Below are positions 1 through 10,418 of a DNA stretch of 64,000 nucleotides, in pieces. The translations under genes were made by a program, and so were the position numbers. Position 1 is the stretch's first letter. Every line of letters begins with the position of its first letter. The notes beneath the pieces were generated by a model. That model had not been told where the DNA came from and searched no databases. It saw nothing but the letters and a program-made list of their open reading frames with translations. The stretch lies in assembly GCA_017411405.1 (NCBI GenBank), contig JAFQQE010000015.1:25204-89203 (forward strand), in the 5' to 3' direction. The stretch is from Bacilli bacterium (lineage in GTDB: Bacteria > Bacillota_I > Bacilli_A > RF39 > UBA660).

Positions 1-46
1 TGTCGAAAAAATAAAACTTTACACTTTTTATACAAAAAAATATTAA

Positions 47-1240
47 CTATTCACTAGTTAATATTCTTATTGCTTCATTTAATTGATTATCATTTTCTTC
101 TGTAGGATTATCTATAAATGTTTCACTTAATTTAACTTCTATATCAGGAACTAAGCCAACTTCATCAATAGAATCTCCATTTGGAGTATACCATAAAGCA
201 CTAGTATATTTTATCATAGTTCCATCTTCTAACTCTCCAGTTGTTTGTACTTTACCTTTTCCATATGACTTTACACCAACTATAGTTGCGCCATAACTAT
301 ATTTTAAAGATGCTGCTAAAATTTCACTAGCACTAGCACTTCCTCCATTTATCAAAACTACAACTGGATAATTTTTCTTGTTTTCTGTACTATCTCTATA
401 ATCTATACTTTCTTTTTTAGATTTAATAGAATACATTAATTTATCTTTTTCTAAAAACATTTCTATAATATTTGTACAATTAGTTAAATATCCTCCTGTA
501 TTACCTCTAACATCTATTATTAAAGAATCTATTCCATCATTTTCCATACTTGATAAAGTTGCTTCTACTTGAGTATCAACAGTACTAGAAAAAGTTTTAA
601 TATTAATATAACCTATTTTTTTACCATTAACTTCTTTTATAGAACTATTTATAGCAGGAACTATTAATGTTTTTCTTGTTATATCAAAACATTGTTCTAC
701 ATCATCTCTCTTTATACACATATTAATATTTTTATCTTTTGAATTCTTTATAATTTTAGAAGCTTCTTCAATACCTTTATTAAAAACATCTTCTCCATTA
801 ATAGAAACTATGATATCATTAACCATTAAACCAGCTTCTTTAGCAGGACTATCTTCAAATATTTCAAATATATATATTTCACCTTTTTCATTAGAAGTAA
901 TTCTAATCCCTACTCCTTCATAAATACCCTCTAATTTTTCATTTAAAGCCTCAGTAGCATCTTCATTCATATATATAGTATAATCATCACCAGCATATGT
1001 TAACATACCACTTATGGCTGCATCGACTAATTCATTCTCATCTAAATCTTCATAATAATCATCTAATAATCTATTATAAGTATTAATAAATTCGTTAACA
1101 TACTTATTATTAGTATGACTAACTTTACCAGCATAATTTAATCTACTATATATTAAAGAGCCACTAATTATAGACATAATTATAGTAGGTACTGTTATTA
1201 ACAAAACAATTTGTATAAAATTTAATTTAATCTTTTTCAT
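47..1240 (-). CDS. S41 family C-terminal processing peptidase (membrane-anchored, PDZ domain)
   Basis: 397-aa ORF. N-terminal TM helix, PDZ-like segment (GLMVNDIIVSINGEDV), S41 catalytic region with NGGSASASEILA and downstream YGKGKVQ. Confidence 0.9.
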   Translation of the reverse strand: MKKIKLNFIQIVLLITVPTIIMSIISGSLIYSRLNYAGKVSHTNNKYVNEFINTYNRLLDDYYEDLDENELVDAAISGMLTYAGDDYTIYMNEDATEALNEKLEGIYEGVGIRITSNEKGEIYIFEIFEDSPAKEAGLMVNDIIVSINGEDVFNKGIEEASKIIKNSKDKNINMCIKRDDVEQCFDITRKTLIVPAINSSIKEVNGKKIGYINIKTFSSTVDTQVEATLSSMENDGIDSLIIDVRGNTGGYLTNCTNIIEMFLEKDKLMYSIKSKKESIDYRDSTENKKNYPVVVLINGGSASASEILAASLKYSYGATIVGVKSYGKGKVQTTGELEDGTMIKYTSALWYTPNGDSIDEVGLVPDIEVKLSETFIDNPTEENDNQLNEAIRILTSE

Positions 1241-1301
1241 AAGTCCCCTCCATAATAGAATTCTATCATAAATTAATAATAAAAAAAAGATGATAATTCA
1301 T

Positions 1302-1799
1302 CTATTTTAAAACATCAATTATATTATCTACTCCACTATAACATTTAGTAACTTTACCAGATTCAATTTTAAATAATGTAGCTTCTTTAACACTAATCTC
1401 ATTGCTATTATTAGGTTTTTCAACTAATTTTCCCTTTAAAGCACTTTTATTAATTTTTAAATTTAAATCAACATAATAAGTCTTAATATAGTTATCACTA
1501 CTTCTATAACTATCTAGAACACTATCTAATTCACTACCACTATCTTTACTAGAATACAAAATAACATAATACTCATCTTCTATTCTATTAAACATAGTAC
1601 CAATACTAGCGATATCATAATTTATTTCTACTTTTTTATCAGTTTGATTGCTTTCAGTTTCTTTATTTAATACATGCTCAGTTAAAAAATATACTCCTAC
1701 ACAAATAACAATAACACTTACTAATAGAATTATTAAATTTCTTATCTTTAATTCATCGCCACTAACAATTTTATTTTGTTTTATTCTATTCTTTACCAT
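1302..1799 (-). CDS. membrane-anchored hypothetical protein
   Basis: ORF 1302..1808. AGGTGG RBS sits 5 nt before the ATG at 1799, and the GTG at 1808 lies inside that RBS. One N-terminal TM helix. No motif recognised. Confidence 0.6.
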   Translation of the reverse strand: MVKNRIKQNKIVSGDELKIRNLIILLVSVIVICVGVYFLTEHVLNKETESNQTDKKVEINYDIASIGTMFNRIEDEYYVILYSSKDSGSELDSVLDSYRSSDNYIKTYYVDLNLKINKSALKGKLVEKPNNSNEISVKEATLFKIESGKVTKCYSGVDNIIDVLK

Positions 1800-1880
1800 T
1801 ATAACCACCTATAAAATATTTTAGCATATATTTAATTAAACTCAAGAGAAAAATAAAAAAAGATGCTAAAAATACATCTT

Positions 1881-2900
1881 TTATGGTTTTATAATAATCT
1901 TTATAGCAGAATCTTTTCCACTAGTCAAACGTATAAATGATTCTTGTACTCTATCCAAAGAAACAATATCATCAATATATTTTTTAACATCTATTTCTTT
2001 CTTAGAAATCATATCAATCACATTTTCAAATTCTTGTGGAGTATAAGCAATAGCACCTTGTAAAGTAACTTCTCCCATTACACTCATTACTAAAGGAATA
2101 TTTACATTACCTAACGCCACCCCAACTAAAACTATTTTACCTCCCGGTTTAACAGCCATAATAGCTTCGCTTACAGCAGGACTATTACCACAACATTCCA
2201 TAACAACATCAAATCCACCAATAGTCTTCTTTATTAATTCTGGAATTATTTTTTCATCTAAAGCATTATAATATTCATCAACTTTTCCATATCCTAATGC
2301 TTTTTTACCTCTCTCATCATTTGTTTCTAATAATGTAACATTTTTAGCTCCTTGTAGTTTTGCAAATTCCGCACACATTAAACCAATTATACCGCCTCCG
2401 ATAACAAGAACATTATCTCCTTTTTTTATATTACCTAAATTAACTGCATGCAAACTTACTGCACTAGGTTCAACCATAGCAGCTTCTTCATCAGTAACAT
2501 TATCAGGTAATTTTTTTACTAAATCACTTCTACAACTTGAAACTTCAGCATAACCTCCATTATTAGATAAAGATAATCCTACAGCTTTAGACCAAGTTAA
2601 CTTACAATATTGAGGATTACCACTTTTACAAGCATTACAATATCCACACGGAGAAATAGGTAAACCAGTAATTCTATCTCCTGCTTTTAAATCACTTCTA
2701 GAGCCCGGATCAATAACAGTACCAGCAAATTCATGCCCCATTATTAAACCCTTAGGTTCTCCAACTTCCCAATAATGTATATCACTACCACAAATTCCAC
2801 AAGCAGTAACTTTAAAAACAACACTACCATTCTTACTTATCGGTTCTTCCGTTTCACATACTTCTAACTTCTTTTCTTCTACAATTTTAACACACTTCAC
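1881..2900 (-). CDS. zinc-dependent alcohol/polyol dehydrogenase (MDR family, sorbitol/threonine dehydrogenase-like)
   Basis: CGICGSDIHYW and GHEFAGTV zinc-ADH motifs, and a VIGGGIIG Rossmann motif. AGGGAGG RBS precedes an in-frame GTG at 2900, so the true start is probably 12 codons inside ORF 1881..2936. Confidence 0.88.
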   Translation of the reverse strand: MKCVKIVEEKKLEVCETEEPISKNGSVVFKVTACGICGSDIHYWEVGEPKGLIMGHEFAGTVIDPGSRSDLKAGDRITGLPISPCGYCNACKSGNPQYCKLTWSKAVGLSLSNNGGYAEVSSCRSDLVKKLPDNVTDEEAAMVEPSAVSLHAVNLGNIKKGDNVLVIGGGIIGLMCAEFAKLQGAKNVTLLETNDERGKKALGYGKVDEYYNALDEKIIPELIKKTIGGFDVVMECCGNSPAVSEAIMAVKPGGKIVLVGVALGNVNIPLVMSVMGEVTLQGAIAYTPQEFENVIDMISKKEIDVKKYIDDIVSLDRVQESFIRLTSGKDSAIKIIIKP

Positions 2901-2974
2901 AATAATCCTCCCTATTCTAATATTATTATAATACAAAATTTAAAGGATTAAACAAAAAAATTTTATGCTTTACA

Positions 2975-3337
2975 TTATATTACAGGAGCACCAATAAAAT
3001 CAGTATTTTTATATTGAAAATAAATTAAACAACATATTCCTGCAATTAATAAGCTGCTACCTATAAGTTTAATTAAAAATAATTGTTTTTCTTCTTCATT
3101 AACTTTATTATAAGCATTTAAATTTCTAATAAAAAAATAAATATATATAAACAAACTAATAATAAGCACAAAGAAAAATATTTTATTAGCATAAACTTCA
3201 TCAGTTTTATCTTTATTTTTAATAAATTCTTTTAATAAATTATCACCAAATATATTAAGTAAAGATAATATAATAAATATAACCCATATAAAATCTTCAA
3301 AATCAAGTCTTTCTAATTCATTATCAAAAATATTCAT
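2975..3337 (-). CDS. small polytopic membrane protein, unknown function
   Basis: 120-aa ORF with 3-4 hydrophobic helices. No motif recognised. Confidence 0.5.
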   Translation of the reverse strand: MNIFDNELERLDFEDFIWVIFIILSLLNIFGDNLLKEFIKNKDKTDEVYANKIFFFVLIISLFIYIYFFIRNLNAYNKVNEEEKQLFLIKLIGSSLLIAGICCLIYFQYKNTDFIGAPVI

Positions 3338-3368
3338 ACTAATAATATGAAAAAAAAGTAAATATTAT

Positions 3369-4442
3369 TTACTTTTCTCCTGAAACTATAATACTAGTTC
3401 CTGTTAATCCTTCTGCAATTGTCATTAATTCCTCACCATCTAAACTAGTACTACTTAAATAATAATCAACACCACCACTAGTCCAATATAAAGAATTACT
3501 TGATAAAGCACCAATACAATCTGACATAATTAAAGGTTCACCATTTACAGGAATAATTTCCATCTCATCATATCGTTGACTAACTTCTTCTACTAATACA
3601 AAAGGACTATCTCCAGCAAAAGTTAATATCGCCCTGTTACCATTATCTGTATTTATAGTATCTTGAGTACTTAACGAAGTATTTTGAGGCACATATAATG
3701 GATAAATAATCTCATCTAATATATTACTAGTATTTTCAGTATCTTCGCTACTTGAAACGTTGTTTTGATTGTTATCTGTTTCTTCCTTATCTTTAATATC
3801 ATCAATATTTTGTTCTTCTTCAGGAACTGTTATTAAACTTTCCAAAGAAAAATATTCGTCATTAAATTTAGGTTTATATTCTATACTATTTACATTTAAG
3901 GTTATCTTTACATTGCCTTCTTGATCAAGAACTAATACTTTTTTAACATTATAATCATCATCCAAATATATTTTTTCACTATATAAAGCATTATTATTAG
4001 GATAATTTACTCTACACTGTATATAATTAACTTTATCTTCTTTTCCTACATATACGTTATTATCATTGACGACATCATTAACTAAAACATCTAATAAGTA
4101 AGATTGACTACCATTATTTGGCCAATCACTCTGAAATTTAAAACTTTTATTTAAATCTGGTGTAACAACATAAACCCCATCTTTATTTTTTAAAATAACT
4201 TGTTCATGATCATTAGTCTTATTAATTAAACTAACTTTATAATAATCATTTTTACTTTTACTAGATTCTATATCATAATTAAATGTATCTTCATTACTAA
4301 CTATATCCATAGTACCTTTTAATAAATAACTATTACTATCATTAATTTTATCTTTAAATTTATTAATTACATTATCATTACCACTCTTACCACACCCACA
4401 AGTAAATAAAAACAAACATAATATAACTAAATATTTTTTCAT
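3369..4442 (-). CDS. probable secreted lipoprotein, unknown function
   Basis: 357-aa ORF. Signal peptide ends in LFLFTCGCGKS (lipobox-like Cys). Acidic/Asn-rich low-complexity linker in the middle. Confidence 0.65.
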   Translation of the reverse strand: MKKYLVILCLFLFTCGCGKSGNDNVINKFKDKINDSNSYLLKGTMDIVSNEDTFNYDIESSKSKNDYYKVSLINKTNDHEQVILKNKDGVYVVTPDLNKSFKFQSDWPNNGSQSYLLDVLVNDVVNDNNVYVGKEDKVNYIQCRVNYPNNNALYSEKIYLDDDYNVKKVLVLDQEGNVKITLNVNSIEYKPKFNDEYFSLESLITVPEEEQNIDDIKDKEETDNNQNNVSSSEDTENTSNILDEIIYPLYVPQNTSLSTQDTINTDNGNRAILTFAGDSPFVLVEEVSQRYDEMEIIPVNGEPLIMSDCIGALSSNSLYWTSGGVDYYLSSTSLDGEELMTIAEGLTGTSIIVSGEK

Positions 4443-4567
4443 AACTTCCCCTTTTCTAATTAAATATATTTTTATAAATCTTATTTATTACTTAAATTAA
4501 AAAAATTTTAAATAATACGTATATATATATTAAAACGATCCATAATAATAACAGAAAAGAGGTTATT

Positions 4568-4768
4568 ATGAGCACATTACAAAAAATATGTTTAAGTGTA
4601 ACAATTATAGGAGCTATAAATTGGGGTTTAATAGGATTATTAGATTTTAATTTAGTAGAAGCTATATTTGGTGCAGAATCTATTATTCCTAGAATAATAT
4701 ATTCTTTAGTAGGTTTAACTGGTTTAGTTAATATTGGTATTTTAGTAATGGATTTAGGTGAACATTAA
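4568..4768 (+). CDS. DUF378 family small membrane protein (YuzA-like)
   Basis: 66 aa with two TM helices. GAINWGLIGLLDFNLVEAIFG matches the DUF378 signature as I remember it. GAGG RBS upstream. Confidence 0.75.
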   Translation: MSTLQKICLSVTIIGAINWGLIGLLDFNLVEAIFGAESIIPRIIYSLVGLTGLVNIGILVMDLGEH

Positions 4769-4841
4769 AAAAATAGTTAGAAATAATCCAACTATTTACT
4801 AAATCTATTTATGATATTCTTTCTAGGAATATCTTTTTTTA

Positions 4842-5447
4842 TTAATTTTTTTCAACAACATATAAATAACTATCTACCTTAATCATAACTACTTCAGCCT
4901 TAGTATCATATTTTAAATCTTTAACATATTCTATACTTAAATTAGCTTTATAACCACTATATTCCTCTTCACCTAAAACAAAAGTATTTTCTTCTATAGA
5001 ATCAATAATTACTTTTTTAACTAATGGTAATTCTTGCTTCCTTTCACCATCACTATTATCTTCCATATACTTATATAAAGTATTTTCAACATTTAATTTA
5101 TAATTATCAACTATAGACGGATAAACAAATTCTACACCACCAATATCATACATATTCTTTTTATTAGATAAAGAATATAAATCTATAATAAACATTTTAC
5201 TTACACTCTTAGCATATTCTAAATAATCTATACTTTCATTCTCTAAATTACTTTTTAACTTCTTAAATTCATCCTTATATATACTTGTATCATTATCATG
5301 TAATATATAACTATATCCTCGTATAGTAACATTCTTATCAATCTTTTTATCTATAAATTCATTTTTAGTAAAACTATATACTATACCACCTACAAAATAT
5401 ATAAATACAATTATAGAAATTATTAACAATATTTTTTTAGCTTTCAT
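4842..5447 (-). CDS. membrane-anchored extracytoplasmic protein, unknown function
   Basis: 201 aa with one N-terminal TM helix. Its start codon overlaps the stop of the upstream LtaS-family gene by 1 nt (TAATG), implying translational coupling. Confidence 0.6.
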   Translation of the reverse strand: MKAKKILLIISIIVFIYFVGGIVYSFTKNEFIDKKIDKNVTIRGYSYILHDNDTSIYKDEFKKLKSNLENESIDYLEYAKSVSKMFIIDLYSLSNKKNMYDIGGVEFVYPSIVDNYKLNVENTLYKYMEDNSDGERKQELPLVKKVIIDSIEENTFVLGEEEYSGYKANLSIEYVKDLKYDTKAEVVMIKVDSYLYVVEKN

Positions 5448-7477
5448 TATTTAATTATACGATCTCCTTCATTTTTTATTAAATCATATACAATAATATC
5501 ATTAGATAGTTCAATAATTGTTTCTGTATATAACTTACATTCTTCTATATAAGTTTCATCTATTGGTGAATTAGTTAATGGCATATATTCTTCTTTACTA
5601 CTATTATAGTAAACTTTACTAGTTAAGAAATTACCATTAGGAAAAGGTATAATATTATTCCATTTAGTTTCAAATATATCATGTCCTAAAGCAAATTCAT
5701 TTTTTATACCTAACATATTGCCAATAGTTGGTAAAACATCAACCATACCCATATAATATTTTACTTCTTTTTTTAATCCATCTTCTTTAGTCCACACTAT
5801 TAAAGGTGTTTTTCTATTTAATTCATTTTGATAATAATCAAATTCTATATATGTTGGATCTTCTTCATCTTTAATTTCACCAGTCGTAAAATCAAAATTA
5901 TAATAATAATTAAATTCATTTTTTGATAATTTTGCATCATGATCTCCATACATAACAAATACAGTATCATTCATTATATCATTTTCATATAAAGAATTTA
6001 TAAATTCTCCTAATGCTTTATCAGCATAATGAGCACTCTTAATATAATTACCTAATTTTGTTCCTTCCAAATAATCATAAGTTACTTCTTCTTTTACTCC
6101 ATCATCATTTACTATAGTTGTAGTATAAGTTAAGTCTAATAAATTCCCATATACATCTAGATCTTCAAAAGGAGTATGATTAGATAATGTAATTATTGTA
6201 CCCATATAATTTTCATGATTATTTTCAATATTAGTTAAAATAGGAGTTATTTGCTTATAGAACGAAAAATCTGATAACCCTAATCCAACTACTTCATCTA
6301 TATTATATTTATCTTCAAAATACATATCTTGATATCCTAGACTTGGATGCATTTTATGTCTATTCCACATACTAGCTTTATTACCATGCATACTAAAAGT
6401 GTAATAACCATTTTTAGATAGTAATTTTTCTATACTTTCAAAATATCTATCATAATAACTTACAAATACAGTTCCACTAGATACAGGTAGTAAAGATGTA
6501 TTAACTGTTAACTCTGTATCACTACTTGTACCTACACTTATTTCTGGATAAAAATTACTAAAATATAACCCTTCTTTAGTTAGTTTATTTAAATTAGGAG
6601 TTATCTCTTGTCCATTTATTTTTAAATCTACAAAGAAAGTCATCATACTTTCTAAATGCATAAATATAACATTTTTCCCTTTATATATATCAGTATACTT
6701 ATTATCTGATTCTTCTTTTTCTTTATTCGTAAAATATTCTACAAATTTACGTGAAGCTTCATCATATCCAAATAAACTATTTAATTTGCTACCCATAGTT
6801 TGAATTAAATCATTACCTTGATATATTACAATACCAAAACTTTTAACAATGCTCTCTCTATTCCATTGTTTAACTAAACTACCATAACTAGTTTTAGAAA
6901 TCATAGATAAATTAATACCTAAAAGCATGATACTTACTAATATAGTATATAAAAATAATCTTTTACCCTTTTCTATCTTTCTAACTAAACTAAAATAATC
7001 CTTCTTTTTTAATCTAACATTAATATACCAAAATATAAATATTGGTACTAAATATATAAAATGTATAATTTTTAGTTTTTCAAATATAGCATCTCCCACT
7101 TCACCCACTTGACCTAAAGCAGAAAGTAAACTAAATGATGCAAAAGATGAATACCAAGTATAATATATAGAATTTATAACACATATCAATACATTTACAA
7201 TAAATAATGTAAATAAATAATAAAACTGTTTGTTAGGCTTAATCAAATAAGCAAAAGAACCAAAAAATACTCCAATAGCAAAATCTATAAAAAATGTTTT
7301 TTCATTATACCAATTACCAACTGTTAAATATCTAACTAAAAAACAATTTATAAAAGTCAACAATATAAATGATAAAAACAATCTATTATGTTTTATATAA
7401 TTAATAACATTTTTTTTACACTTTTTATATAAATTAATAGTTTTATTCCTATACTTTTTTATTACTTCTTTATTCAT
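5447..7477 (-). CDS. LTA synthase (LtaS) family sulfatase-fold phosphoglycerol transferase
   Basis: 676 aa. Five N-terminal TM helices plus an extracytoplasmic alkaline-phosphatase/sulfatase-type domain (FMHLESMMTF, VGTSSDTE nucleophile region, MYGDHD). Confidence 0.88.
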   Translation of the reverse strand: MNKEVIKKYRNKTINLYKKCKKNVINYIKHNRLFLSFILLTFINCFLVRYLTVGNWYNEKTFFIDFAIGVFFGSFAYLIKPNKQFYYLFTLFIVNVLICVINSIYYTWYSSFASFSLLSALGQVGEVGDAIFEKLKIIHFIYLVPIFIFWYINVRLKKKDYFSLVRKIEKGKRLFLYTILVSIMLLGINLSMISKTSYGSLVKQWNRESIVKSFGIVIYQGNDLIQTMGSKLNSLFGYDEASRKFVEYFTNKEKEESDNKYTDIYKGKNVIFMHLESMMTFFVDLKINGQEITPNLNKLTKEGLYFSNFYPEISVGTSSDTELTVNTSLLPVSSGTVFVSYYDRYFESIEKLLSKNGYYTFSMHGNKASMWNRHKMHPSLGYQDMYFEDKYNIDEVVGLGLSDFSFYKQITPILTNIENNHENYMGTIITLSNHTPFEDLDVYGNLLDLTYTTTIVNDDGVKEEVTYDYLEGTKLGNYIKSAHYADKALGEFINSLYENDIMNDTVFVMYGDHDAKLSKNEFNYYYNFDFTTGEIKDEEDPTYIEFDYYQNELNRKTPLIVWTKEDGLKKEVKYYMGMVDVLPTIGNMLGIKNEFALGHDIFETKWNNIIPFPNGNFLTSKVYYNSSKEEYMPLTNSPIDETYIEECKLYTETIIELSNDIIVYDLIKNEGDRIIK

Positions 7478-7546
7478 AATATTCCCTCTTCGTTAATCAA
7501 TTATACCATATATTTTAAAAAATAAAAAGTTCATAATTAAATGAAC

Positions 7547-7732
7547 TTAAATTGTAAAATAACATAACATAATCGCTATAAAAAGTGCAATTATAAAATA
7601 TAAACTTTTTAAAATAATATTAATTATTTTTCTAACACTATTATTATTAATTTTATTAATTAATTTTTCTAATGGATAATATATACTTTTACCTAAACCT
7701 TCATAATATATTTGATCTATATATTTTTTCAT
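7547..7732 (-). CDS. small membrane protein coupled to the GT2 synthase
   Basis: 61 aa with a C-terminal TM helix. Its start overlaps the GT2 stop by 1 nt. Confidence 0.45.
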   Translation of the reverse strand: MKKYIDQIYYEGLGKSIYYPLEKLINKINNNSVRKIINIILKSLYFIIALFIAIMLCYFTI

Positions 7733-9216
7733 TATTTCACCCCATTAGAAGTATCTACTTCATCTATTGTTACTTTACTAGTATGTGGTATAGGTTTCCA
7801 CTCTACTTTTTTAAATATTGCAAAGTATGTTGTATAACGACCAATAATATCAAATGTAGGCCAAGTTAAAGTAAACAACACTTTTTTTAAAAAAGGAATT
7901 TTTTTTATTCTATGTCTTTCTACTATAAATACGTATATAGCAACCCACATATTTTTTATATAAGCACCCATTCTATAAAGTAATCTTAACCATATAGCAA
8001 GTAACATTGATAAGAAAAATGCACTTATTCCAGAATTTATTGTAATAATCGGTTTATTAAATATAAATGATAAAAATTTAGCAAAAATACTACTACCACC
8101 AAATAGATAAGCAGTTACCCCATTACCATAAGAAAAACAAGCATATATTAAAACACTAACTAATAACCATCTAGCAAAATTAAACACTACTAAAGGAGTT
8201 AATTGCATCAAAGTATCATAAGAAGCAAAACGATGCCTGATAGATTCTAATAAACCAGAAAAAAAACCACGTTTTTTATCTTCAATACCCCACTTATCTT
8301 TTATAAAAAATTTACCAAAAAATATATTAACAAATAATTTAGGACCTGTTTCTAAAAATGCTAACAAATGTCCTTTACTCCAACGTAATCTCTGTCTTAA
8401 AGCTACTTTCAAACTTATAGGTTGTTCATCAAAAAACTCAGCTTCATCTTGGTAAGTTATTTGATACCCACGCGCAACAGCATCAGCAGTTAATGCTCTA
8501 TCTTCTGTAAGCCCAGTATAATTCCAACCATTCTTTACTATTTCATTAGCAAACAAAAATCCAGTACCTTGAATATTAGTAGCTAAATGTAAAACACTTC
8601 TTGCTCTATGATTAGAACGTATACTACGTATCCAATGTAAAGCATACGTAGATGCAATCCAGTTTTCATCAAAATTCTTAGTATTTCTATAAGACGTAAT
8701 AATCTTTTCACCACTATCAAAAGCATCATTCATTTTAGTTATATAATTCTTATTTAATAAATTATCTGCATCAAATATAAAATAACCTTCAAAAGATTCA
8801 ATACCATAATCACGTTTTATATTTTCAAATAAAAATTGCAAAGCAAAACCTTTAGTTCTACGAGTCGGATCTTGTCTTTCATAAACTTTCGCTCCATACT
8901 TACGAGCAACTCCAGCCGTATCATCAGTACAGTTATCTGCAACAACAAATACAGTTAAATGTTCTTTAGGATAATCTTGTTTATTAATACTATCTAATAA
9001 ATTACCAATAACAGCCTCTTCATTACGAGCCGCAATTAAAATACCATATTTATGATAATTCTTAGCAGGTTTAAACTTTCTAGTAAATAAAAAACCTATA
9101 GCCCAATATATAGCTTTATAAGCTAACATAATACTTAATACTGTCCCTATTATATTATATATATTTTTAGCACATAAATAACTTTCTCCAATAAAATCAA
9201 TTATACTTCCTAACAT
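7732..9216 (-). CDS. membrane-embedded processive family-2 glycosyltransferase (IcaA/PgaC/BcsA/NodC-like architecture)
   Basis: 494 aa. N-terminal TM region, GT2 core with ADNCTDDT, FDADN (DxD), LTEDRAL (TED) and QRLRWSKG (QxxRW), followed by 4-5 C-terminal TM helices. Confidence 0.85.
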   Translation of the reverse strand: MLGSIIDFIGESYLCAKNIYNIIGTVLSIMLAYKAIYWAIGFLFTRKFKPAKNYHKYGILIAARNEEAVIGNLLDSINKQDYPKEHLTVFVVADNCTDDTAGVARKYGAKVYERQDPTRRTKGFALQFLFENIKRDYGIESFEGYFIFDADNLLNKNYITKMNDAFDSGEKIITSYRNTKNFDENWIASTYALHWIRSIRSNHRARSVLHLATNIQGTGFLFANEIVKNGWNYTGLTEDRALTADAVARGYQITYQDEAEFFDEQPISLKVALRQRLRWSKGHLLAFLETGPKLFVNIFFGKFFIKDKWGIEDKKRGFFSGLLESIRHRFASYDTLMQLTPLVVFNFARWLLVSVLIYACFSYGNGVTAYLFGGSSIFAKFLSFIFNKPIITINSGISAFFLSMLLAIWLRLLYRMGAYIKNMWVAIYVFIVERHRIKKIPFLKKVLFTLTWPTFDIIGRYTTYFAIFKKVEWKPIPHTSKVTIDEVDTSNGVK

Positions 9217-9293
9217 AATATACCTCTCAAAAATAAATTATATAAAAATTATATCATAAATTTATCTAAAATAAAAAAATAGTTAAAAAAAAA

Positions 9294-9896
9294 CTATTCT
9301 TTCTTAATATCTGAAATAGATAATTTATTATGTTTAGCATTTCTATTCCAAAACATATTAGCAAAATAACAATATATATTATTGTTTATATAATCTACTG
9401 TTGTAAAAAATTCTTCAGTTTCTTTTTTTTCTTTTATAAAAGTTGCAAAATTCTCTATATCTTTCAAAAATTTCTTAGAAATAAATCTAAATTTTTTATT
9501 ACCAACTACTTCACCAGCTCCTATTAATATTGATGAACAATATTTCAAATTAACTTTCTTACACCAATTTTTAATTATATTTAAAGCTGTAACATTTTGT
9601 TCAGCTTCTCTAAAGCCACAATTTATAACAAAATAAACCAACTTAGATTCAAATTTAATATTATTATCAATAATATAATCAAAAAACTCTAACAATTTTG
9701 AAGGAGGAGCATCAACATATAAAGGAAGCGCAAATACTATCACATCAGATTTATATATATTAGATATTATATCTTCTCTACTATCTTTATTTATACTAAA
9801 AAACACATAATTGTCTAATTCTTTAGAAATAATATCCAAAAACTTTAAAGAATTACTACTTTCTAATTTTGGACTACAATTAATTAAAGTATACAT
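9294..9896 (-). CDS. flavodoxin-like fold / NAD(P)H-dependent FMN reductase family protein
   Basis: 200 aa. The N-terminus MYTLINCSPKLESSNS resembles the xxINGSPKxxxSNT start of flavodoxin_2-type reductases. Confidence 0.55.
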   Translation of the reverse strand: MYTLINCSPKLESSNSLKFLDIISKELDNYVFFSINKDSREDIISNIYKSDVIVFALPLYVDAPPSKLLEFFDYIIDNNIKFESKLVYFVINCGFREAEQNVTALNIIKNWCKKVNLKYCSSILIGAGEVVGNKKFRFISKKFLKDIENFATFIKEKKETEEFFTTVDYINNNIYCYFANMFWNRNAKHNKLSISDIKKE

Positions 9897-10378
9897 TTAT
9901 TTATCTCCTTTAATTTACTAATATATTTAACATTATAAGATTGAGCATTTAAATTTATAGCATTTGCTTTTACTAACCTTTCTAAACACATTTTATCTTC
10001 TTTAGAAACTTCACCATAAATATAAATAGAAAGTTTTAACTTTTCATCATATCTACTTTCATGATGAACTTCACCATTTCTAATAGTAAAATATGGTAAA
10101 ACATATCCTATACTTCTCTCTAAAACTTTCTTAACACTATGACTATAACAACCATATCTGTTTTTGCTAATAATTATAAGTTCACTAGAGTCCTTTAAAT
10201 AATCACACATAGAAAAAAATTCATCATTAAAAATACATCTTTTAGGATGTTTAATCCAACAAGAAAAACATCCAATACAATTATTATTACAACAATTAGA
10301 TGACAATATTTTATCATCTGTATTAAAGCTTATATTTTTTAAATCTTTATCATTTAAATCATGTATTATTGTTCTCAT
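9884..10378 (-). CDS. flavodoxin-family-like protein with Cys cluster
   Basis: 164 aa. CIGCFSCWIKHPKRC resembles the Cys motif of iron-sulfur flavoprotein/flavodoxin-family proteins. Overlaps the downstream gene by 13 nt. Confidence 0.45.
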   Translation of the reverse strand: MRTIIHDLNDKDLKNISFNTDDKILSSNCCNNNCIGCFSCWIKHPKRCIFNDEFFSMCDYLKDSSELIIISKNRYGCYSHSVKKVLERSIGYVLPYFTIRNGEVHHESRYDEKLKLSIYIYGEVSKEDKMCLERLVKANAINLNAQSYNVKYISKLKEINKCIL

Positions 10379-10418
10379 ATTAAAACATATTTATTAAAAG
10401 GATTATTATTACAATTAT

